63,572 nucleotides of DNA, filler included, from Olpidium bornovanus S191 (GCA_017911155.1; 30 parts of 30 records of this genome joined end to end with filler, not necessarily neighbours in it); one strand, 5' to 3'. Counted from the whole stretch's first letter, positions 36,795-48,660 are shown. Numbers and translations are program-made. The notes: generated by a model not told the origin, from the letters alone.

Positions 36795-39489
36795 GTGCGG
36801 GAAGCCGCCTTTTCACCCGTTGCCTGCGGGGGGGGGGGGGGTCTGGGGCAGAAAACCCCAAAAGACGGCCCGGGGAATTTTATCCGGGGTGTGCTTGCGG
36901 GCGGGAACCCTTCCGCCGGAACGGGGGANNNNNNNNNNNNNNNNNNNNNNNNNNNNNNNNNNNNNNNNNNNNTTAATTAATTAANNNNNNNNNNNNNNNN
37001 NNNNNNNNNNNNNNNNNNNNNNNNNNNNGCCATGATGACAACCGGCGCGACGACGCCAAGTGGGCGGCGGCTGTCTCCTCGTCTTACCACCGCCGCGAAT
37101 GTCCCGAGGAAAACTGCGACCGCCGGGGGTGCCTTTATGATCATCCCAAGAGGCAGAGGCGCTGAATGACTCCGCAACAGGGGCGCTCGCGTTCTCCGAG
37201 CATTTTGAGCGGAGGGGCGCAAGAAATTCTGCGGGAGCAACCAAATTGAGAAACAGAAATAAATCTTGGGAGCCCGGGCGTGAAAACCGGAGGATCCTTT
37301 CTCGAGGACTCCGTGCCAGCAAACAACAAGCTAAGAACAACAACAATGAAGAACAGGGAACAAACGGGGAGAAGCAAGAGATAGCAATATCTAAACAGAA
37401 ACAACGGAAAATCCACAAAGCGGACGGAAAGCAGGGATGGGACGGTAGCAGGGATGGGACGGAGAAGTACGGTGGAGGAGGAAAACGCGCGTCACCTGGT
37501 GAGTGGGCTCTGCCAAGGCGACGTCCGAGCCTCGAAGCCTGGACCGTTCTCCTGTTGCAAACGCCAAGGTTTTTGTTTTTTTTTTCCCCCATCTTACTAG
37601 TCAGCCGCATTTATCTCCTTGGTTTCCCTTCTTTCGTTTTTTCGTTTTTGTTTTTTCATGGCGAAACCTCTGCACATTCGGGCCGCCATTTCGTACTTCC
37701 GTTTGTTTATTTTCTCTCAGTACCGGCGGACAGTTTATTATATGGTTTCTGCTTGAAAGCCGACCGCTGCCTGTCACTGCCGATGGCGGTCTCTCGCTGT
37801 TCCTTTTTTGGGGCCACACACGATCAAACGCTGGTCAGAGGGGTTTGCAAGTAGCGATCGTCCTTGCTGCGGAGTTCGCGTCCACACATCCTGTTGAGCG
37901 AGCGAGCCCGCCAATGAACCGCGGAGCGATGCCATTAGGTCCGATTGCGTCGCGATTCTGCTCCCGCCACCTGGACATCGCAAAACGACGGTACGCGGGG
38001 GGCGCGGCCCGCTAGGTGGATGGGGGAGCTCAGACTGGCAAAAGTCGCGTCTGATGTTGCGGAAGTATCTGGGCCGAACTCCTTTCGGACGTGATATTTG
38101 CGCCGGGGTTCGTGTGAGATGCCCCAAACTGAAGGAGTGTCCGTCACTGGGCCGCTTTAGTTTCCGCCGGCTCTGACGTACAATATAGCCGGCACGGCGT
38201 CAAAGCTGGCATCTGGTTCCCGATAGTGTTCCCTTTTCGGTAATTGATCATGTCGCGGGAGATTTCGGGCTAGGAAGACGCCTGATTATGGAAGCTGATA
38301 ACATGAATCTTGAGAGTAACGGACCTGTGCAGATAAACCCCTTTTTGTTTCTGTAGTAGAGGACCGCGATACGTACTCGAAATCCACAACAAAACACATG
38401 AATCTTCCCCGTGGAAGCTCTGTCCGCGCATGATTCAGCGCCAGAGCTCTCCCCTTCTTCCCCCCGCCGTAGCTGCTGTTGACCCGCCGTTGCCCGCCGT
38501 TGCCTTTGCCGTCGTTGCCGTCGTTTTCGCTTCCCTGTCCCGCGGCCGGCCTCAAAAACACGGCTGTTTCCCACTGGGTCTGTTCTCCAGCCCAGCCAGA
38601 CCACTGTCGAGTTGCGGTGTTTTCGGACTTTACATAGAAAAACTACTTCGTCTGGCCGGGCAACACCAAGTCCTGCCTCCATGCTTTAAACTGCACATTT
38701 GCAATCGAATAAGTGGCCAGCATCGGGACTGCTACAAAGTGGAAGCGGCTGACTTTTCATCCGCAAACACCTCAGACCGAGCCTCCGCGACCAGGGTTTT
38801 CGCATCAATTTGACCCTTCTCAAGCTGTAGGGAAGAGATCAAGGAGTAGCGCGACCACCGCGTGGCCGTCTAGCTGCTCCCCGCAAATAATTTCCCATTT
38901 GAGCATGGACGCGTAAAAAAAAAAAAAAAAAAAAAAAATAATAATAATAATAATAATAAAATCGCTGATAAGTTTTTATGCCGAGTAGTAGTCTTCACGG
39001 CGTATCGTGTGCGACAGGGAGCAGTGACAGTTGTTCCAAAAATTTTCGCAACCGCAGGTTGAGAAGGCGTCGGTTTCGCATGCATGATTTGGACGTCCCG
39101 GTAAGATCTTAGTGGTAACAAGATGCTTTGTGGCGATGGTCACCAACTCCGCCCCCCGATGCAGCAGACACCGTTGGGCAATGCGAAGTGTGGCTCACGC
39201 GGGAAGCATATTCCAAGGCCATTTGCCTTGGGAAAGTTGCCAAAGGTGCTGCCTGCCCTTATGGAGCGACTCCGGGAAGACGTTTGCGGCGTTGTGGGGC
39301 GGGGGGGGGGGATTCGGGATTCGTACTCGAAATCCGATGCACAACGCAGGGGAAAACCTCATGGCCGGAAGCTCCCGCATCAGTTTCGGCGCGGCGGGTG
39401 TGTGCGCCGCGGTGGTTCGGGAGGAGACACTTTTTTTTTTTTTTTTTTTTTTTTTTTTCACGCCCCGTGTCTTTTGGTTCGGCGGGAAA

Positions 39490-39531
<42 letters not shown>

Positions 39532-39822
39532 CCCCCCCCCCCCCCCCCCTTCCCCCCGGGGGAAAAAAAAAAAAAAAAAAAAAAAAAGAGGGGAGACGGG
39601 GGTGTTCGCCACTTTCACCCCACTCTCCTTCTCACGGGGCCCCCTCGCCCGCGTCGTCTCGACGGCGGCGGAGACAAAAGGAGAGAGAGAGAACGAGAAC
39701 GAGAAAGAGAGAGAGAGAGAGAGAGAGAGTGAGAGTTAGAGAGAGAGAGACGCCACCCGCTGCGAAACGGAGCGACGCTAGGGGAGAGGGGAGGGGAAAG
39801 GAAGAAAGAAGTGCACGCGAAG

Positions 39823-41669
39823 ATGGCGGTCAACTGGGCCATGGTCGGCGATGACGGCAAGTCGCTTGTGCTGCTGCCGGAAGAGCGCGTTTTCTACCGC
39901 CAGGACGGGGTCAGGTTCGAGCTGGAGACGGGAGGGGGCTACCCGGGAAATCTCGGTGAGAGAGAAAGAGAGAGAGAGAAAATTAGAGGAAAAGCCCTTC
40001 TCGCAACGCACGAAGGGGGGGGGGGGCCAGGGAACTTTTCTCGGAGGACGAAGCGGGGGAAAACAAGGGGGATCCGACACGCCGCGGCGGCCGCCGGGTC
40101 CCCGCGCTGTTCGTTTGCCTTCTTTCCTGCAGCCGCCTTTTTTTTTTTTTTTTTTTTTTTTTTCGTTCTCCCCGTCCGTGTATAGCCGTCCCGGTTCCCA
40201 CCTTCGCGTTGCCCCGCAATGTCCGCTGCCTGCGCACGGGAAACCGGCGGGGCCGCTGCCGCATGTGAAGGCCACGAACGTGGGCCTTCCTTATCTCTAC
40301 TCCCTCCCCTCGCATTTTTGCTTTCCAGGAACATACGTCGGTCCCGCTGGATACCTGTACCTCAGCAACCAGCGCGTGGCGTTCATCAACGCCCAACAGC
40401 CGTCGTCGTCCTCCTCGTCCTCCGGTTTCCAGAGGTATAAGGGAACGGCTGTGAACTCTTGCATTTTAAGCGGAGGCGAGAAAGTACCTTCCGGAATCGG
40501 AGGGTGAAGAAAGCGAGACACGTTGTCCGGCCCGCGATTTTTTTTTTCTTTTGCGTGCAAAGTGCGCAACCTGATATTTGCCTGACATTTCTCTGCGCCG
40601 TCTCTCCGTTTCCCCTGCCGTTCGCGTTTCTGCGCTCTGATCAGCATGTCGATACCAATCGGAAACATATCAGACGGAGTGTTCAAACAGGTCGGCGCGT
40701 AGTCCCCGGTTCCGTCGGAGGGCATGTTCCTCTTACGTTTCCGTAGATTCCCGGCTGTAACGCCATTGCGGTCGTCTTAGCCATGGTTTTCTGCAAACTG
40801 CTATGAAGCCACCGTGATGCCGGTAGGCCTGTTGTGCGGAGTCCGTCCGGGCGTGGGGCTCCTGCAAACCGCGGGCAGACATTTTCGGATCGGGTGCTCA
40901 GGTCCACCTTCTTCCAGGTGCATAATGGGGGCTTGCGCGCGCCAGGGAGGATGAAGCTGGTTTTCAAAGAAGGTGCGCTTTCAAACCGCAAGCGCCATTC
41001 GGGTCCCTTAGTGCGCGGGACCGCGCTTCTTTGCTGACCCCCCTTTTTTTCCCACGACTCAAAACGCGCGACGCGCATGTGAAATAACACCCGTCGTTAA
41101 ATTTGCAGGAGGCGGTTACGAGTTTTCTCGAAATTTCGAACTCTTGCGAGAACGGATCCACGGTAGGTCTCCGGCGCGCGCAGGGTTACCGTTTGAGGGT
41201 CTGGCGGTGGCCGGCGATTTGGCGGAAAGAAGGCGGGCCAGACGAAAAGCCAACGTCTTTTGGACGCCTTTTAAAAACGTCTGAAATCCCGCCAGAATCG
41301 GAAGGCACCCAAGTCATCGAGCACCTAGAAGAGCTTCCGGCGTACGGCGGGAATTCCGGGCCGGACTCGGGAGACGTCGTGATACTGAGCTCCCCGCTCG
41401 CTTCAGAACGGCCGCGGTTACCGGAACCCAACCCATCTGCGCCGCAGAACCCGGTGTCGGTCATGCCGCCATCAGTGCCGCCGGGCGTGGCCTCGACCTT
41501 GCCGCGGGGCATGCCCTCACCCTCACCACTGGTCATGCCGGTTGCGATGCCGCAGCCGCAGCTCCCTGCCCAGGCTCCGTCGCCCACTGGATCAGACAGA
41601 ACACCGTCCGCCCCACCTCCAGCAGAAGGCCTCCCGCCGTCCTACGAGCAAGCCACACTGCTGGTATAG
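39823..41669 (+). CDS. WBP2: WW-domain-binding protein 2-like (GRAM/PH + PPxY; fungal UPF0664-like); complete, about 7 exons
   Basis: Spliced exons: MAVNWAMV...LLPEERVFY...GGGYPG / GYLYLSNQRVAFIN / SMSIPIGNI..FKQ / PWFSANCYEATVMP / GGLRAPGRMKLVFKEG / GGGYEFSRNF / ...EELPAY...LPPSYEQA. This is the WBP2-type layout with LPxY/PPxY motifs. Confidence 0.85.
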
Positions 41670-42502
41670 CGCCCGTCATCGCCCTTTTCGGTTTTTTTTT
41701 TTTTTTTTTTTTTTTTATTTTGCAGAAGCAACGCAGCGCTAGTTCCCAAAAAATTTACCGGCCCGATTCACAGGTTGCGCAATGTCTATTCACAGAAAAA
41801 TCCCCCGAAAAGGCCAGGATCTAGGATCAGACTTTTTCCCCAACCGCATCCCAAACGCTCTCTTGCCGTCAGTCAAAAAATCGGGTTCCTTTTCATTTTC
41901 GTTTCTTTCACCAGGAAAATACCACTTGTCCATGAAATCATGAGCCGCGCGAGTCGGAAAACTCCGAAAAGGGCCATACGGTTCCGTTTCGCGCGAGCGG
42001 CGGGTTCGATTGCGCTTTCAAAGCGTGTCCGGGTCGCGGGTGGGGCGTGGGGGTGGGGGGGTAGTGGGACAATCAAAGCGGGACGTTTCGCAACTTCTGT
42101 CGGCGGACGGGAGAAAGGGGTTGGCGGAATCGCCCTCCGCCTCCGGCGGTCCGTTATACCCTGAGGCTTTTGAAACGCAGTGCGCGTCGCGGCAGGGATG
42201 TTGGGCGCGCGCGCGACGCACAGGCCCGCGAAGGCGCCGCCGGTTACGAGTGCGTGGTGATGATATGGTGCGTGATTAAATCCCTCAAGAGGGAACACAG
42301 AACTGAGGGCCGGATTTAACGCCCGCGAAAAGGCCGGCGCAGCACGGTCAGTTAGAAACGGTGGGGGACGGGACGGGGGGGACGACGGGAGCGGTCCGAC
42401 GAGAACGGAGGAAGAGCCCGCGCCGCCTTTTTTTTTTTTTTTTTTTTCCGTCTCACGACCGCCCGACGACCGTCCGGCTCGTCCTGCTCCCTTCCGTCCC
42501 CA

Positions 42503-42583
<81 letters not shown>

Positions 42584-42611
42584 TTCGCGGCCCCCGCGGC
42601 CCCCCCCCCTG

Positions 42612-42773
42612 CTATTGCCACTGGCCCTGCAACTGTCCCTGGCGGATGATTTCCGCGGCCATCCTTTCCGCGAACTCCGGCGGCGGCTGCTCTCGGCTGG
42701 CGAACTCGGCCGGGATGTTGCCGGTCTCGCGGTACAGCCGCCATTGGTCCTCAATCAGCCTCTTCAGGTACTC
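42612..42773 (-). CDS. Terminal exon of an unidentified protein
   Basis: A polypyrimidine tract and TAG acceptor precede a 54-codon GC3-rich frame, EYLKRLIEDQWRLYRETGNIPAEF...QWQ*. Confidence 0.55.
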   Translation of the reverse strand, partial: EYLKRLIEDQWRLYRETGNIPAEFASREQPPPEFAERMAAEIIRQGQLQGQWQ

Positions 42774-42836
42774 CTAACAAAAAAAAAGTTAATTATTTCT
42801 ATCATCATTTTAAGCGACGGCGCCCGCCCATTCCCC

Positions 42837-42900
<64 letters not shown>

Positions 42901-43475
42901 CCGGCCGGCCCCCCCNNNNNNNNNNNNNNNNNNNNNNNNNNNNNNNNNNNNNNNNNNNNTTAATTAATTAANNNNNNNNNNNNNNNNNNNNNNNNNNNNN
43001 NNNNNNNNNNNNNNNCATGCCTCTTGATGCACTAGTGTGGAGTCCCGCTAATTCAGTGCCCATTGGTGTAAGTGCAACTATACCTGTGCGCGTCTGAGGC
43101 ATCGCCAAGCGCGATTGACCGCACTCGTCGAACTAGAAAGGGACCAAGAAGCGTCACGTCACCCGGCAGTCAAATCTTCCATACTTGGACCAGTCTTCGA
43201 ACTTGGACGTTGCACATCTCTAATTAAATTTTTCGATATCTTCTGCAAAGCGATTACACTATGGCCTTATGTGATCGTTAACGGCGAAGCGACCTCTATG
43301 CGATGCGCGTTTCCCAGTATGCGCACATCCGATTGTCTTGTGAAGTACGGTACCGGATAGGGCATCAGACGTGCAGCGAGCCACCGGATGACACCACTGG
43401 AAAAAAAGTATCCCGCCTAGCCCAACTCGGAAAACAAAAAAACAAGAAAAAATTTTGACGAACAGTGGTCAATTA

Positions 43476-45526
43476 TTACTCCAAATTTATTTCTACAGGA
43501 ACCCTGTGCCACGCGTTGGAAAGGACGCCGCGGACGTTATATATGCCGCGCGAGTCCTCGGGCTGAGTATTGTAGCTGGAATCCACGGCCTTGCACACAA
43601 TCTCCACCCGGCCGCCTTCGTCTGCAACGTCCGCGGGCACGGGCACCTCGGCCACCCACAGCGTCCACGCCCACTGGCGGTGAGTAGATTGCACGTCCCC
43701 AGTCGCATCTCGCAGGTTTGCCGTGGCTGCATCCACTCCTGGCGGGAGCAGAACGGCATCGACCCACGTGTTGCCACCGTCTGCCGAAACATCGACGCGC
43801 ACAATGCCGCGACCGCCGCCGCTCCACGCGTACCCGCGCACAGTGACGGTCGAGGGTTGCGACTCGGCCCGGTTAACGGGCGTTGCGCCCCGGGCCGGCT
43901 GTGACTCTACCTGCGCATTCCTGTGAGCCCGCATCGTCTCGTTAGGGCGCGGAGACGTGATGGCGCTCTGGACGGGCATCTCTTGAATGGACACCGAGTG
44001 CTGGTAGTTGCTCGTCTCCAGTGTCGCAGATGGCGAGAAGCCCTTGTAGTCCCGCTGCTGCCAGTGACTGGAGCTTTCCTCCTATTTACCCACACGAGAA
44101 AATCTTTACAGTTTCGTCCTTTCCCCCGTGCGGCTCAAACACGCAAACATCGCGGAGCAGGACATACACTCGCAAGCGTTATCTTGTTGACCCATTTCAC
44201 GCTCCGAGCAGCGACGTGCCCTGGGACCACTGCCCTGAGCGGGTATCCGTGGGCCGTCGGAATTGGCTCGCCGTTCATCTCATAAGCAAGTATAACATCT
44301 CCCAGCGGATCGACGACCTTCTGGACGGGGACCGATGCACCGTAGCCCTCAGCACCGTCGAACCAGACGTGCGCAACGTTGTCCACGAGCTTGCCTTCCC
44401 TCGCACTCGAGACGTCGTAGCCCGCCGAAGCCAGGACGTCGCTCAGCCGTGCGCCAGCCCAAGTCGCATTACCGATGGCGCCGAGTTCCCACTGCAGGCC
44501 CTTTGTCGGCTTGACGTCGTGCATGCTCTTCCTGCGGTTGCCCGCGCACTGCAAACTGGCTGTGATAGTGTGCTTCGGAAACTTTCGGAGATCGTCCATG
44601 GAGAAGGTCACGGGCTCGTCCTTCGTCGGAACGTCCACGGTCAGCCTAAACTCGGCCTCGTCGACCGCCGGCACGGGCAGGTGGTTTCGCACGTAAAACA
44701 GCTTGTTGGGGGTGAGGTACGTGAGCAAGGACTCCCTGGCAGCCTCGGCATTGCAAGGCCTCTCGGAGCGCACGACGAAAGAGGGGTCGAGCTCCGGCTC
44801 GTTCACAAACAGCTTATTAAGCGCTTCAAGATCGACCCTGGCTTCCCTCTCGGCTTCGGCCGGATCCATGTCGATGACGGCGCCAATGCGGTAGGTCTCG
44901 AAGATCTCCCTGGTCTCGGGAGTGTTGTGAACAGTGAAGACGTTCCAGAACGGGTCGATGGACCGGCCGGCCGCGAGCATGATGCGGTCCCCGCCGGGGT
45001 GGGCCTCGACAAAGTCGGTAACGTCATAGACCCCGTCTCCGTGCACGACCCATACCCCGGTCTCGAGGGAGTCGTGGGCCGAAACCTCGGCTCGGGTGAA
45101 CTCTCTTCTACGTACCTCACCGGACTCGCCCTTCGGCTGCTGCAGGTTATCCTCCGGCGCGGCGGGATTTGCGGGCCGCAGTCGGGTCTCCGTGAGAGCT
45201 TCCGCTTCGGCCACCGGGAAGAACGGCGCCAACGGGGACCAGCTCTTGCAGCCGTGCGCGCCGCTGTCGCGGCGGGAGTAGATGGCTGCGGGCAGCAAGA
45301 CGAACCCGAAAACGGCTGCGGCGGCCGCCTTCACGCTGCTCCTGTAACCCTGGCGGCGAACGGCGACCCCAGCAGAAGACGGCCCGACAAACCCCCGGGG
45401 CTGGCGGCCGACAGAGGACAGCGGTGGCGTCAGAGCCGGGCGGGAGCAGGCTCTGTAAACATCTCGAGTTGCTGCCCTGCGAGCAAAGTCCGCTCGCAGG
45501 AACGCGCGCCGGACGGCCAGGGGCAT
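43476..45526 (-). CDS. SUOX: Sulfite oxidase (mitochondrial presequence, cytochrome b5, Moco and dimerisation domains); complete, 1 intron
   Basis: b5 domain VYDVTDFVEAHPGG, Moco domain FYVRNHLPVP...ASLQCAGNRR...HGYPLRAVVPGHVAARSVKWV, intron 44167-44082, then EESSSHWQQRDYKGF, VRGYAWSGGGRGIVRVDVS and NVRGVLSNAWHRV. Confidence 0.97.
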
Positions 45527-46651
45527 TATCCGCCCGTTCACAGTAAAGGGGTGGCGAGGGCGGACGGACGGACCGAGCCAGCGCCCTTGAGCCCCGTTTC
45601 CTTGAACCGTCGGTCGGCGGGCGATGTGGCTGGGAGGCCGAGGGAGACGGCGGCGCGGTGACGAGGAGGGCGCGCGTCGTGCAGCGCCGTCCCTACTTAT
45701 CTCAGGCGGGTTTTCGAAAAAAACAAAAAAAAAAAAAAAAAAAAAAAAAACCACACACCCCACAGGATTCCACGGTGTGAGACGGCGGTCTCACTAGGCG
45801 CGAAAACATGTAGTCACGTGACCTGTTGTGCACTAACTGGTAACCGCCGCGCAGCGGAGGTTCTTCGCCGAGCACGAAACACACCACTCACTTCCGTCGC
45901 TCTACGCCTGCATTTCGCGCGCGGCTTCGGACATTGGTGACGCATGATCGCATGCCATGATGCTCAAGGTCCGAATCCTCGCCGTTGAACACGAAGCGGT
46001 GGCAGCATCATGGTTTTTACGGTTTGCGGGCACGATCGGCGTGTGTGGTGATGTTTGTGCGCGGTCAAGAACCTCTGCTAAGCGGCGGTTATCTGTTCAT
46101 ATGCACCAGGTCATGTGGCTACGTGCTCACCGAGCTATTTCAACTGTCGTAATATACTCGTAAAATGCAGGATCACCAACGGCCTCCGGCCTCGTTGATT
46201 CAGGGAACACGGGACCGTCGCCGTGTGAGCGGNNNNNNNNNNNNNNNNNNNNNNNNNNNNNNNNNNNNNNNNNNNNTTAATTAATTAANNNNNNNNNNNN
46301 NNNNNNNNNNNNNNNNNNNNNNNNNNNNNNNNCCGTGTTGGCGCAGCAAATGCGCAATATGGCCTTTCAGAGTTATGATGCGCTCATGACTCACCTCCGC
46401 CTAGCGGAGCGGTGTCGGACGGCAATGTGCCCTCCCTCGGCTGCCCCCCCCCCGGTTTTGCACCCCCCCCATATAATAGCCTAGCTTGCGCATAATCCCC
46501 CCCCACACCTCTACCGACTTCCGACCGTAAAATAGCGAAATAAACAAAGCCATACCGCTTGTGCGCGTTTACCGGGAGGACGGCTCGCGACTGCGACTCC
46601 CCCGGCGGAGGGCGGCAGCTCCTTGGGTCCGGTAAGGGTAGGAACGTGAGA

Positions 46652-47069
46652 GGCGGTGTTGTGAAGCGAAAAGTTCAAGGCGACTACCGATAAAAGATTG
46701 GGCTGAACGCGAGGCTGCGGAAGAAGAAGGATTACGCGTTGTGACTCGAGATGTGTATGGTTCCCCCCCCAAAAGAATTTCCTTCTTCCGCCCCGCCCTC
46801 CAAAAATTTCTGGAACGACCCCCCTGAACGCCCACGCGCGGCAAAAACTCTCGCAGAATAGAACGAACGCGTCCTCGAGTAACGTTAGAGTCGTAGAGCG
46901 AACCAACCCCAGAACGAGTAGGAGAGAGGAAGAGAAAGAAAGACAGAGAGGACGCTCGGAAGAACTGGAATTTAGAGGGTTTTGGAGTTTCGCGTGCGAA
47001 AGCTGGAACAACAACTTTCCACAAGGCCCGGCGCCACCTGTTCCCAACTGCCCACCTATTTCCCCAAAA
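46652..47069 (+). mobile_element. Dispersed repeat, copy 2 (homologous to 13104-13539)
   Basis: See copy 1. It lies about 200 bp upstream of a gag-like ORF on the same strand. Confidence 0.75.
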
Positions 47070-47265
47070 GCTGGCGCTCCCCGGCAGGACAGGTAGTGGG
47101 AAGTCCGTTTGGCTATATCTGTGCTGAGTAATGTGACGTTGTCGGCGTATGATGACGGAAGAAAGGACGAGCTACCGCGAGTGATAACCGAAACTGACTG
47201 ACCGAGATGGCAGGACTGGAAAAAGAGGGAGTACGATACGAGACGGGGACAGTAGCCCACGTCGT

Positions 47266-47555
47266 GTGCGTTTAGGGAATAATACGTTAGCCTCGAATGT
47301 GATTGAAGCTGCTTCAGCAGCCACGTCTCTACGTGTTGAGGAACTGCTTTTAGCAGCTCAAGTACGATCGGAGGAGACCTTTCGAAAGAATGAGATTCAG
47401 ACGGCGTTACAAGAGTTTCTTGGCAAACACGAGTATTTTAAGTTGCGGAATGTTACGGCATATTTGAAGAAGTTCGAGCTGCACTTCCGGCCGCTAGATA
47501 TGATGGCTGCTGAAAAACAACGGGCATTTCTTTTAACAGTGCTTCCCGAACATGA
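47266..47555 (+). mobile_element. Ty3/Gypsy gag-like ORF fragment
   Basis: YFKLRNVTAYLKKFELHF...AEKQRAFLLTV resembles the fungal gypsy gag N-terminal F.G.NVT.FL..(F/Y)E motif. It is truncated by the contig end. Confidence 0.5.
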
Positions 47556-47761
47556 NNNNNNNNNNNNNNNNNNNNNNNNNNNNNNNNNNNNNNNNNNNNT
47601 TAATTAATTAANNNNNNNNNNNNNNNNNNNNNNNNNNNNNNNNNNNNNNNNNNNNCCCCCCCCCCCCCCCCTCGACTTGTGCAATTCCGTTGATTTTCTT
47701 TTCGATCCCTTTATTTTGATTTTACTCCCTCCCCCCCTTTTTTTCCCTTGCTTCGTCTTGC

Positions 47762-48660
47762 ATGCGCATAAAACCCACGAACCGCCGCAACATCAAAATA
47801 AAAAAGAGAATGAGGTCGTCGAAGCCGAGATCGCCGTCGGGCTTGAGCGTGCGTCGAAGTCGGAGAATGCTAAGTTTCGAGCGCTCCCTGTGCCGTCGGG
47901 CCGAGAGCAAGAGCGTCCGTTTGTGCGTCGATCTCGTGGCCGTGTTCTACGTCTCCGCCGGGGCGCTCCGCCTCCTTTTTCGTTTCGTCTTCTTCTTCTT
48001 CTTCGCAAGACCCTCCCCCCCCAGAGCACGGGCCCCCTGCGGGCGCGGCGCCACTACCTGCCATCCCATTCCCCGTCGTTCCGAAAGTCCTCTGCTCCGT
48101 CCCTTCCCCTCGACATCGAGAGGATCCCAACGGCGTTTTCGAGCTCGACACCGGCGCAACGCGCTGCCGAAGACACGCGTCCGGCGCAACGCGCTGCCAA
48201 AGACACGCGTCCGGCGCAACGCGCTGCCGAAGACTCAAAACGCCGATGCAAGATTATAAGGGACAACTTCCAGAACATTGCCGTAAGTTTCTTGCTATCT
48301 TCGGCAAGTTACTTATCTGATGTTTCCTTGAACTCAGGAAGCTCCGTTTTGATGCCTCACAGGAACCCATTCGCCGCTTGGCCCACTGCAACGGTGACCA
48401 GCCCAAGCCCATTTCGAGCCGGCTCTACGATGACACACGCGGTGTCCTGAAAGTCTTTCAGGAGAACGTGGTCCGCAATGCGTGTCTTTCTGCTTTGTTT
48501 GTGAGTAGATTGGCGAATAAGTAGTTTGCAAGCAGTGTGAGCAATTGCACTTACATATATCCTCCATCGTCGCAAGTCCAAACGCAAGGCTATCACGTCT
48601 CTGGATGTGGTCTACGGGCTCAAGAAGCAGGCGCGTGCCCTGTATGGTTTCGGCGGCTGA
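47762..48660 (+). CDS. Divergent histone H4-like protein (putative H4 variant; pseudogene not excluded)
   Basis: Exons ...-48282 | 48363-48500 | 48577-48660 join in phase 0 via GTAAGT..CAG and GTGAGT..AAG introns. They give [89 protein letters not shown], with the unmistakable H4 C-terminus. Exon 1 (47762-47914) and the start codon are inferred. Confidence 0.8.
48151..48240 (+). repeat. 30-bp x3 coding tandem repeat ([30 protein letters not shown]) in the H4-like N-tail
   Basis: CCGGCGCAACGCGCTGCCGAAGACACGCGT units start at 48151, 48181 and 48211. Confidence 0.95.

Noticed and set aside
41995-42020. tRNA T-loop-like GGTTCGA motifs (also 3381, 6670, 24663)
   Set aside because: No cloverleaf stems or A-box at the required spacing.
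44021-45661. Long antisense or alternate-frame ORFs over real genes (also 10386-11255, 56179-57534, 5650-6465)
   Set aside because: These are expected shadows of GC3-rich coding sequence; the conserved motifs are on the other strand or frame.
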